NCBI GenBank assembly: GCA_002633005.1
Contig: NMRA01000347.1
Span: forward strand, 1 to 64,000
Direction: 5' to 3'
DNA: 64,000 nt
Source: Phoronis australis
Lineage: Eukaryota > Animalia > Phoronida
Each line of letters opens with the position of its first letter. The stretch's first letter is position 1. Made by a program: the position numbers and the translations under genes. The notes under the pieces are model-generated. The model was not told the DNA's origin and searched no databases. It was given only the letters and a program-made list of their open reading frames with translations. Positions 55,301 through 64,000 of the stretch are shown here, piece after piece.

Positions 55301-58300
55301 ACACAGAAACACTCACGATTACTTTCATTCGGCGCGCACGAATACAAAAATATAGGACCCAAGTTAGGATTGTATAAATGTAGAACTACTCCGTGTGTTA
55401 TTTAGGTTTTGGAAAAAATGCATTTTAATACTCAAAATACGTTTTGTATAGCTATTACAAGCTCTAAAACGACTTTGTGTAATTTCATTGAGATCGTTCT
55501 TTGTCATCCGTCAAACCGGAAACTTCCGAGATGTGACTCTGCGAGCGCACTCACCTTGCACGTTACAGCCGTTTAAGTGAAAAACAATCTAGTAAACGCC
55601 ATTTTCTTGCATAATCCTCCGCCTTTTGTAACAAAAAAGTCTATCGTCGATGACCCGCACACGCACGCTCACTCACTCTCATACGCAGACGACCTTCAAA
55701 ACAAACGTCACGTGACAACAACATGTGTGTTCATCCAGAGATTTTTCTCGTGTTGTGGAGTACGATGTAGCGCACATTTGGACTTAATCGCAATTAATCT
55801 GGACTCCACAGGAACTTTAAAAATTGTAAAACATCAGGAAGATTTCAGGTAATTTGTTGAGTCGAAACTATATTTTTATTCAAGAGTACAAGTTTTCCTA
55901 TGGACGATCGCGATTCAGCGACGCATCAGTCGGCAAGTTTTCGCCCTGTGATGAGCACAATTTTTTGAAAAATTATCGTAATTTAACAACGGAAGTTGAT
56001 AGCAATGCACCACAATTTTGTAGAAAGGCTGTCATAGGCTACAAATACGTCACAGAGCGTAAATTTGATGAATCCTAGCTTCCGATTTTACCCGTTTGGG
56101 AAACCGGGTTTCAACTGCCGTAGGCTCACTACAATAAGCGTCCCCTCCCCGTGAAATGAATTTTTCTAAGCGTTTGTTTGAGCCAATACAGTATACAGCT
56201 TTCCACCAAGGCTAGGTGATGCAAGACATTATTATTTGTTCTTTGTTGCATTATAGTAACTGGTCTTGGCTAATTATCATTTTATGGCCTGGTCATCCAT
56301 TCAGCCCAAAGTAGTTCCAGAGGTGGCTTATCAGCCAATTATTCACGCATGCTGACTCACAATAGAAGCCTGATGAGAGTGAAGGTGGATAAATGCGGTG
56401 TTCCTACAGTTTCTTGTTTTAGTGGATGTGTTCACGACATGTTGTTTTTAGATAAGAACGGTCTTTAAAGGAATCAAATCTACCCACATTTAGCGATTTT
56501 CTTCAGTGCGACCTCAATCATCATGTACTAGGTCGTTCGGAAGACATGATAGATGTTTTTATCGGACCAAAACAAGTATGAAAATAATTAAACGTAGAAC
56601 ATCTCTGATAACCTTAATTGTCATTAGATATTGATTTATTCTCACTCTGGCAAATATCTAGCTTCGACTTAGTATTTTGTTAACTGCACAATGAATGCAT
56701 GAATGATTTAAGTCTGAGCCAGGAGTGATTTTTTATTCTGGAGTACATGTAATTACTGAGACATAAGTCAACCTCGTTTTTCTGATTTCACTGTCATCAG
56801 CATTCTGTTCCTGATCACCACTTAGAGAATTTCAAGGGTCTGTTTGAATGTGGCCCACGAATGTGGATTGTGAAATTTTGTTTTACCAAATCCATCTCTC
56901 TGCTACAGTGTCTGTGGTATCCAGCACTTACAGCGCGGTGGTAATGTACAGATTGGCTTTTTCGACTCCATCTGGTTTGTGATTGTGACCTTCTCCACTG
57001 TTGGCTATGGTGACCTGACCCCTGACATTTGGCCCAGTCAACTCTTCATGATGTGTATGATTGTAGCAGCACTCATAGTTCTACCCTCACAAGTAAGGAG
57101 AGTTCTGTTTCCTACCTTATTGATGGGAGAGTAGAATTTACTTTCATTGTAAATCCAATGATTTTAACCTCACAAGTTGAGAGAGCTCTGTTTTGTGCCT
57201 TTGTGGAAAGAGGGATATAAAACATGCTTAGTCATTAATGTTTCTCTCCTCGCAAGTGAGGAAAGTTCCATTTCGTTCCTTAGTTCAGAATATAACATAT
57301 CATTGTTCAACTTATATCTCCTACCTGATTCATCTTCCATATTTGATGGGTTCTGTGTACAATAAATAACAACGTGCTTGACCTTTTGTGACCCACTTAG
57401 TTCATTTTCGTAATCAAAAATAGAAAATTGCTGATCAATTTGTGTTCAGTATCCTAAGTACACTCGCCACCATTCTTCTGTTGAAATTAGACAAAAAGAA
57501 AAGTGACTGTCTTATTAGTATTTGGGAAATAACGACCCCTGCCTGACCCCAGTCTGATAGTCAATTTGGGCTTGGAAGGGTTAAATGTATGGTGGATTAG
57601 CACTTTGAGGAGGTTGTAAGTCATGGCTGTCATTAACACACACAGTAGGCCTTTTGAATTGAAATGCAAGGTCAGGGAAGGCAGGTCTTTGTGAACTCTG
57701 CTCTAAGTCAGGCAATTGTTCCAGTTGGACTGTGTAACTAAACCAGGGCTTGGAATTTTCCGCGGAAACGCGGATTTCCGCTTTTTTGAAATGTGCTTTC
57801 CGCTTTTTTTATAATATTTCCACGTAAAAAAATCGGATTTGATATGAAATTTCCGCGGCAAATTCCTTTCTTACCGCGGCGTTGCAGACGACGTTCACCT
57901 CGGAAAGCGGAAGTTGCTCTTTATGTTTGGAGGAACGTAAATTGTCAACATTGCCGGGGCATCTGGGTAAAGCATGGTGTGATTTTCAATGGCGGCTCGT
58001 GTTATTGTTAAGCGCGGCGACAAATACTACCGCTCTGCAGCCAAAATTGTGCGGGTTGGGAGTGGACGGGCGAGCGAAAAAGACGCAGACGCATGCTACT
58101 GATGGTGGTAACGTTTTTTTTTTTTTTTTATAGTCCTCCCGATTTTTGTCGGGGAAAGGTTCACATTGACCAGTTCTAGGCTGGTTATCGGGCGATGATA
58201 AAAGTTTCGGCGTTTTTTGTCATTGGTCATTCCAAGCCATGCTAAACACAACTTGATAAAAGTTTTGTGATGCTGATTGAGATAATTGTTTTATTACCCC

Positions 58301-61300
58301 TTGTGTACTATGAATAGTGAAGCCCTCAACACATGATTTAATGATATTTTCATATTTTCCAGTTTGAACAGCTGGCCTACACATGGGTGGAGAGGCAGAA
58401 GCTGGGTGGAACTTACAGCAGTCACCGTGCTCAGACAGAGAAACACGTGGTCGTCTGCACTACAACTCTTCATGCTGACACAGTCATGGACTTTCTGAAT
58501 GAGTTCTATGCACACCCTCTGTTACAGGTAACTCAGCTCTATAGGGAGTCCTCTGGAGCCCCTTCACTTTGCACTGTTAGAATTTTGATATAAAATTCAA
58601 TTTACTTTGTATTCACCAGACATGTTCCAGTTTGAGGAGACACTGTTGTCTAGTTGGATAAGTGTTCGTTTCCTGCACTGAATTTCTTGGATTCGAGTCC
58701 CACTGGGACACACCGCTAGACTCCCAAGTACAGCTCTAACTCATCAGCTCGATTTTATATGTTAATAAAGTATTAAAATGCTTCCTGGTGATAAATTCAA
58801 TGGGGCCACATAAGAAACTTGTGCTCGTCTGGTACAATATGTAGGAGACTGCCTGCAATTTTTTGTTATTGTTTGAGTTCTACTGCATTTTTGTCATAAA
58901 AGAAAAGTTCATACATGTCCACACAGTGGGAAAATTTGAAGGTTCCTTCCAATTCTTATAACCTAAAAAGCTTCTTTCCCCCAACTTTGGTATTATAGTA
59001 CAGGATGAAACATATTTAAAAATCATAAAATAGGTAGTATATTTCAAGTTAAGACATACATTTGTTTGTTAACTACTGAAGCCAGTCTTTGCTCTCATCT
59101 ATTAGCAGGCACTGCTATCTATGGTCATGTCTCAGTTCACACTGGTGTTTTCTCCTCCAGGACTTTTATGTCGTGCTCCTGTCACCATGTGAACTAGATG
59201 CCACAATGAAGATGATTCTTCAAGTGCCAATCTGGGCCCAGAGGGTCATTTACATACAAGGCTCCGCCCTAAAAGACAGTGACTTGGCACGCTGCAGGTG
59301 ACTACTGTTACTAAATGTAATGCACTGTTCTGGCTTACTGACGAGGCTTTTAAAAATAATAGAGCATTTTTGAATTTTGAGCTGTGCTGAGGCATTAACA
59401 TTAGTAAATAAAATTGCAGTATGTTTGTCTGAAATCTTCTAAATTTGTCCGTCCAAGGCATGTGTTAGAAGAATCATACATTTCAGGCTTGGAGGGGAAA
59501 CTAGTCCACTTAGTGGCTTAGAATTTTGCAGAGTGTTGGAAATCAGAGTATTGTAAATCGTGGGTGTCAATAAGCCTTTTCATTGGAATTGACAGGAAAG
59601 GTCAAGGTCAGTGAAAGTAGTTCTTTGTGAATTCTGCTCTTAGTCATACAACTGTCCTGGTTGGACTGTGAACATAGGGTTTATGTTCCTCGCTGAGAAG
59701 ATAGTAGTTTTATTACTCCCTATGGGTTTTGAATAATCCTGCCCGTAATGTAAGGACGTTATTATGGTCAAAGAGTACTATTGCTACTGGTATCTATATC
59801 TAGTTTTTTATTCTACCAACAGGATGCAAGATGCTGAGGCGTGTTTCATCCTTGCAGCTCGTAACTATGCCGACAAGTCTGCATCAGACCAACACACAGT
59901 GCTCAGGTCATGGGCGGTCAAAGACTTCAGCCCCCTCTGTCCGCAGTACGTGCAGATCTTCAGGCCTGAGAACAAGTTCCACGTCAAGTTTGCAGGTATT
60001 GCGATGTATACTCTGAGTAGAGGTTAAGGAAACTGCAACTGCTGCATGGCCTCTCGCTTGGCTTGCTATCAATACTTGAACCTGGTCTGCTTTACTGTAT
60101 ATATTACGTAATTCCTAGATCCTCGGAGAAGTCTCATCTCCTTCGATCGGATGATATTGACTACAAGTTGCGGGAACTGCAGTCACCCAGAATCTCGTTT
60201 GTCAGGTGACATTGTCCTCTTGTTCCTCGCAGGCAACAATTTATATTTGGCACCTCTTTTTTGTTTTGATTTGCACTTATTTGATTTCCAGTTTCTTCTT
60301 TTTCCGTCTCTTTTTATTTTGGCTTTATTCATGCAAAAACGTTTATTTCAGTTCAATTTTACAAAATGACGCAAAAATTATTTCTATCACACAAGCCTAT
60401 TTATTTGTGGAACAATACATCACCAGGAAAATTTTCCTCTTTTTTGTCACTGGTCATTCCAAGCCCTGATGGTAGCTATGGTAACGAGCTTAAAATGGAA
60501 ATCAGTTATTTGGTGTTACCTAATATTTTATGAAAAAGTGGAAAAAAATAACTTGTCAGCCAATTTTGTGAGATTGTACCGTGATATGGTAACATAGACG
60601 AAATTTATTTTGACCCGGATTTTAAGTCATTTCCTGTTTCCTGCTTGCAGAACATGTGGTGTGTGAAGACGAGTTCCGCTACGCCTTGTTGTCCAATAAC
60701 TGTCTGGTTCCAGGCACGTCCACTTTGGTCACTCTTCTTCTACACACATCGCGTGGACAGTAAGTGATGCTGTCTTTTGATGACCCCTGTTCCGAAATGT
60801 CACCTGTCCACACGCTCTCTACGAATGCAAACTAATTTTCTTTCTTTTCTGGACTCGTGGTAAAAATTCATGTCAAAATCTCTTAAGTTGCCCCAAAGAA
60901 GTAACCTGTGATTGATCAGTTATTAAGTTTTTAATGTGATAGACCTTCGCATCCTTCGTCATCTTTCCATAGAATTATGATAACTGCTCTTTAACCACCA
61001 TTTTGAGTGAGTTGTTATCCATTCCTGTTTGAGAATTAGAGCAATATGTGTTTTATTATCTAAGAAACCTGAAGTGTTACTCGTGGCTAAAATGTGGAAA
61101 TTGTTTATGTTTCTACGACAACCTTCCATCTCATTCACTCTGTAGTCGTGTGTCCATTTAAGTGACCATGTCACCTGGATGGTCCATGTCCTTCCTAGTC
61201 ATGTGTACGTATACCTTAGGGTACTGCAGTCTTCTACCATCTACGTTTAGAAGGTAATCGTGGCAAGCTTTTAGTATGGATTATCTTACCCCTCTCTCAA

Positions 61301-63332
61301 ACCACTGTCGGTGTTTCTGAACCACACACTGGTACATTACTCCTGTCAATAGTGTTACCCGTGTCCAATGAATGTGACCCCTACAGGTGCGGCTGTGTCA
61401 TCTGCAGTCTGCTAGACGAGCGTCCAATTTATTGGGATGTTCTCCCATTTGATGACTTTACCAGACAGAGTGGTTGTGAATGTTTGTTAACATCTTGTTC
61501 CTTTATCTGATAAGAGCAATTATCGAACAAAAGAGAGCTGGCCCTCCAACCAAATTACCAAAATGGAGTTAATCAGTCATCTAAGACACTGGCTACTGTA
61601 GTCCACTGCCCGACTTGTTCATTAATTTTGCCATTCAATTCAGGTGGGGAGTCGATGGGTGGACCCTGTAATGCATCAATGTATTGTTATCAGAAAGAAA
61701 AAAGAACAAGCTTGTGATGTCCACTGGGGTAATAGTTTTGAAGAGTCACTCACTGCCAGTCTCTTGGTTTTCGCAGTTGCCTGCACACTGTGCAGGTTTA
61801 TGTTGTAATTCATTTCAGGGAAGGTCAGACATCTCATGTTCATATTGTAATTCATGTCTTCATTATTACAGGGAAGGTCAGACATCCCATGAAGAGTGGC
61901 AGAAGGTGTATGGCCGTTGCTCTGGTAACGAGATTTATCACATTGTCCTTGGCAACAGTCAGTTCTTCGGAGAATACGAGGGGAAGAGTTTCACGTATGC
62001 CTCGTTTCACGCGCATCGAAAGTAGGTCATGTTCACTCTTCTCAGTGACAAAGGACACTCCTAAAGCATACTGTGGAATTGTCTCTGTTAATACCATTGT
62101 GATGCTTTTAGGGAATATCAAGAGACAATTCTCTAGTGTGAAGTGTTGAACTGAGCCAGATCTAACTACAATTCTCCACTCATTTTTCACAAAAATTCTT
62201 GCCAAAATGGCCGTTTTTTCCATTTTTTGTTAGCTAATTACCTTGTTTCAAATAAGAAAGAATTCAGCAAATGTCATTTTATGAATCTGAACACTATCAA
62301 CCATGCTTGTAATAGACTAACCCGTTCTTAATCTTTATTTTGTGCAGAAATTAACAAAGATAGAATGATTTCACTTATTGGTCATATTGTGTGCTAAATG
62401 AGTAAGGCTTTACCATGTGTGAGTACATATGTCCACTGTGCCTGAACTGTGCCTGAACTGTGCCTCACTTTGATCTTTAACTATCATGGCTGTCATCATC
62501 ATTATCATCATTCCCCTCAGGTATGGTGTCAGTCTCGTCGCGGTGAGAAAAGAGTCACCCAATGCCCACATTCAGCTCAACCCTGGCCCCCGGCACATCA
62601 TGCGAGCCAGCGATACATGCTTCTACATGAGTATCACTAAGGAAGAGAACTCCGCCTTCATCCTTGCTCACCCTAACAACGAGAAAGAACAGTCCAGAAC
62701 AGAAAGGCTACGCGCCTCAATACGACGATCTGCAGCCAATAATGGAGACACAAAATCAAAGGCTGTGGTGGCCAGTATGATAGCTGGTGTAGGTATGTTG
62801 GTAGTCATGGACTTACTGTGTCTTGAGTTCACAGGTTATGCCCAATAACAGTAACATAACTCCATTAAGTTATTTTGACCTTATAAATGTTGATTTCCCA
62901 GAGTGGCAAATATTTTCATACAAAAGGCTCGAAGGTCAGGGGCTCTGAATCACATGTGGCTAATATACATTCCCTTCATTCTAGTTTACTGGGAGTGTCA
63001 GTAGACTTGTTTGTATATTGTAGGCTTTCCTGCTATTTCCAGTACTATCCTCTCTTTCTGCCAGCAGTGTGTCCCTCTTCACTCCCATTTCTCCTTACCT
63101 ACATATTTCCTTCCCAGCTCTCCTTATTGTCAAGCTCTGCTAAGTGTTGCTTTTTTTCAATGCTTGTGGTTCATAATTGGCAGATGCTTCATCCTTACTG
63201 TATCATGTTTGTCAGGTACGTTAGCCTTGGAACTTCAACATACTCGCTCCCAAGAGAATATTCCAACAGAGCAAGCAGACGGTAGCAGTTCTGCTAGTGA
63301 ACTGCCTAAACAACAGGTGGAGCTGCCCAAAG
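37302..63332 (+). CDS. KCNT1: Slo2/KCNT family sodium-activated potassium channel (KCNT1/KCNT2 ortholog), multi-exon, 3' part outside window
   Basis: 15 exons with AG/GT boundaries and matching phases join into one open frame: [34 protein letters not shown]...TFSTVGYGD...HVVVC...SWAVKDF...HTSRGQEGQ...NPGPRHIM. These are recognisable Slack/Slick motifs. An invertebrate Slo2 would be co-orthologous to KCNT1 and KCNT2. Confidence 0.97.
39227..39320 (+). CDS. KCNT1: Slo2 exon, S1 ([31 protein letters not shown])
   Basis: ttccccacag acceptor, TG|gtaaaa donor, phase 1 to 2. Confidence 0.93.
39776..40599. mobile_element. Tc1/mariner-like MITE
   Basis: Right end CGTCCGATAATTAGGTCACTTGACTG-TA mirrors left ACCTAATTATCGAACG; inner repeat CCTAAATATCGGACA also mirrored near 40385. 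Confidence 0.7.
40815..40926. repeat. 23-bp minisatellite AGCTCCATCTAGTGTTTGGTRGT, 5 copies
   Basis: Units start at 40815, 40838, 40861, 40884 and 40907. Confidence 0.95.
42031..43195. mobile_element. Second member of the same TIR family, opposite orientation
   Basis: Same 24-bp TIRs and TA flanks; internal N gap. Confidence 0.9.
44753..45543. mobile_element. Mutator-like MITE, copy 2, interrupted by a nested element
   Basis: GGGGGGTCACTCATATTGACAAG ... CTTGTCAATATGAGTGACCCCCC; flanks catgtgacc and aatgtgacc. Confidence 0.8.
45038..45516. mobile_element. hAT-like non-autonomous element nested in the MITE TIR
   Basis: 8-bp TSD CTTGTCAA at 45030-45037 and 45517-45524; short imperfect TIR CAGGCCTTTAT / ATAAAGGACTT. 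Confidence 0.8.
47401..47493 (+). CDS. KCNT1: Slo2 exon, S1-S2 extracellular loop ([32 protein letters not shown])
   Basis: tttcccccacag acceptor, TG|gtgagt donor, 93 nt phase 2-2, open frame ending in the conserved INW. Confidence 0.88.
49101..49114 (-). promoter_or_regulatory. CTCF-like motif CGCCATCTAGTGGC
   Basis: Matches the reverse complement of the CTCF core CCASYAGRKGGC; similar sites at 6705, 8116 and 44095. Confidence 0.5.
49553..49615. repeat. Imperfect (AAT)n microsatellite
   Basis: Visible trinucleotide run. Confidence 0.9.
49681..49789 (+). CDS. KCNT1: Slo2 exon, S2 ([36 protein letters not shown])
   Basis: ctttccag acceptor, AAG|gtagac donor, 109 nt; LWAIQV..ISxLETxLLxYLxYK motif. 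Confidence 0.95.
50886..50960 (+). CDS. KCNT1: Slo2 exon, S3 ([25 protein letters not shown])
   Basis: ttcttccag acceptor, ACT|gtgagt donor, 75 nt. Confidence 0.95.
51063..51311. mobile_element. Related element ending TTTGTCATTGGTCATTCTAAGCTCTG
   Basis: Homologous over about 180 bp to 60290-60468; same right terminus as the 57744 element. Confidence 0.65.
51674..51913. repeat. 44-bp minisatellite GTTATCATATATGACCTGGCTGTATGCGACTTTACACCTTCCCA, about 5.5 copies
   Basis: Direct tandem units with no unique spacers. Confidence 0.95.
52047..52329. mobile_element. Mutator-like MITE, copy 3
   Basis: 9-bp TSD ATCCACCAT at 52038-52046 and 52330-52338; right TIR CACCTTGTCAATATGAGTGACCCCCCCGG. Confidence 0.8.
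52499..52582 (+). CDS. KCNT1: Slo2 exon, S4 ([28 protein letters not shown])
   Basis: ttttttcag acceptor, TTT|gtaagt donor, 84 nt; LRNLFxPVFxNCWLAK motif. Confidence 0.96.
53145..53239 (+). CDS. KCNT1: Slo2 exon, S4-S5 linker and S5 ([31 protein letters not shown])
   Basis: ttttcacag acceptor, AG|gtaggt donor, 95 nt. Confidence 0.95.
53259..53710. mobile_element. Harbinger-like MITE
   Basis: AGCCACTTTTACACGAG ... CTCAAGTGAAAATGCTGCTT imperfect TIR; internal GTTGTCACCGTG palindromes. Confidence 0.5.
56320..56442 (+). repeat. Dispersed repeat, near-identical to 1-123
   Basis: Direct sequence match. Confidence 0.9.
56909..57092 (+). CDS. KCNT1: Slo2 exon, pore loop and S6 ([11 protein letters not shown]...[36 protein letters not shown])
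   Basis: K+ selectivity filter TVGYGD; ctgctacag acceptor, CAA|gtaagg donor, 184 nt. Confidence 0.98.
57744..58241. mobile_element. hAT/P-like non-autonomous element with 6-bp TSD
   Basis: TIR CAGGGCTTGGAAT / ATTCCAAGCCATG; CTAAAC duplicated on both sides. Confidence 0.8.
58363..58527 (+). CDS. KCNT1: Slo2 exon, S6-RCK1 linker and RCK1 start ([16 protein letters not shown]...KHVVVC...FYAHPLLQ)
   Basis: ttttccag acceptor, CAG|gtaact donor, 165 nt. Confidence 0.97.
58635..58710 (+). mobile_element. Degenerate tRNA-derived SINE head
   Basis: A-box-like TGTTGTCTAGTTGG and B-box-like GGATTCGAGTCCC at tRNA-like spacing; no intact cloverleaf. Confidence 0.4.
59161..59297 (+). CDS. KCNT1: Slo2 exon, RCK1 ([45 protein letters not shown])
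   Basis: tctcctccag acceptor, AG|gtgact donor, 137 nt. Confidence 0.97.
59823..59995 (+). CDS. KCNT1: Slo2 exon, RCK1 ([57 protein letters not shown])
   Basis: ccaacag acceptor, G|gtattg donor, 173 nt. Confidence 0.97.
60240..60468. mobile_element. Related element fragment ending TGGTCATTCCAAGCCCTG
   Basis: Shared terminus and body with 51063-51311; left boundary approximate. Confidence 0.65.
60651..60759 (+). CDS. KCNT1: Slo2 exon, RCK1 ([37 protein letters not shown])
   Basis: cttgcag acceptor, CA|gtaagt donor, 109 nt. Confidence 0.97.
61872..62021 (+). CDS. KCNT1: Slo2 exon ([50 protein letters not shown])
   Basis: ttattacag acceptor, AA|gtaggt donor, 150 nt. Confidence 0.97.
62521..62792 (+). 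CDS. KCNT1: Slo2 exon ([10 protein letters not shown]...[27 protein letters not shown]...VVASMIAGV)
   Basis: ttcccctcag acceptor, G|gtatgt donor, 272 nt. Confidence 0.95.
63216..63332 (+). CDS. KCNT1: Slo2 exon, RCK1-RCK2 linker ([39 protein letters not shown])
   Basis: tttgtcag acceptor, G|gtgagt donor; GTLALELQ resembles vertebrate GTVAMDLQ. Confidence 0.85.
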
Positions 63333-63832
63333 GTGAGTCAGATGGGTTGAAAGTAGACACAGTTGCAGATTAAACTATGTGAACAATGGTTTCCTGTTCT
63401 GTCTGAAGCAGGCTCTTCATTGAGGTATAAGGTCTCAGCTTTGTAGTTTTTTGCAATATGTTCGAAAGCATTCAGTATCTGAGAGACTCTTTGATATTTG
63501 TTTGTGTGCGTGGAAATATATAGATCACAAACATTTTAAAGGCTGGTCTGCACGTCATTGGTCCAGATGGTTCAATGGATTATAGCGATTACAGTTAGTA
63601 GAAGGACCTGCACTCGAGTCTCAGATAGGGCAAAAATCTTTTCAGATTTATGGTCATTAGGTCACGTGGCCAACAGGTGGCATGCAGATCAGACTTAAAA
63701 ATGCCTGTGAGTGAGTGTTTTTTTTACTCAGTTTTGTCTCTTCTAGTGACAGTTCAATCAAATTGTTCAGTAAGATTTTACATTCTTTAGACAATGTCCA
63801 AGGGTGATGTAGAGCACGTGATATTCATCCTA

Positions 63833-63997
63833 CTCTGTGACTCTGTTGTGTGACTCTGTTGTGTGACTCTGTTGTGTGACTCTGTTGTGTGACTCTGTTG
63901 TGCGACTCTGTTGTGTGACTCTGTTTTGTGACTCTGTTGTGTGACTCTGTTTTGTGACTCTGTTGTGCGACTGTTGTGTGACTCTGTTGTGTGACTC
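63833..63997. repeat. 13-bp minisatellite CTCTGTTGTGTGA, about 12 copies
   Basis: Direct tandem units. Confidence 0.97.
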
Positions 63998-64000
63998 AAT

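Noticed and set aside
54990-56190. CpG island or internal promoter
   Set aside because: Ends in a Tc2-like terminus (AATAAGCG...AATACAG-TA), so it is more likely a transposon body; the left end was not identified.
61852-62223. 123-aa antisense ORF over a Slo2 exon
   Set aside because: Shadow of the sense coding exon; no recognisable domain.

Overview
AT-rich, intron-rich animal genomic DNA, probably an invertebrate bilaterian (draft assembly with N gaps); not prokaryotic, and almost all ORF-track entries are noise. The + strand carries the 5' part of a Slo2/KCNT (Slack/Slick-type, Na+-activated) potassium channel gene. Fifteen GT-AG exons from 37302 to 63332 splice in frame and encode S1-S6, the TVGYGD filter, RCK1 and the start of the RCK1-RCK2 linker; the gene continues past the window end. 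Upstream (1.4-31 kb) lie several candidate alternative N-terminal exons whose splice phases lead to the phase-2 acceptor at 37302. This is the most interesting signal in the window, but it is unproven. The introns hold many non-autonomous DNA transposons (TA-flanked Tc1/mariner-pogo-like, Mutator-like with 9-bp TSD, hAT-like, Harbinger-like, Kolobok-like), a 5'-truncated L2/CR1-group LINE, palindromes, minisatellites and CTCF-like motifs, plus two likely assembly artefacts. I found no evidence of a wholly new multi-gene system.
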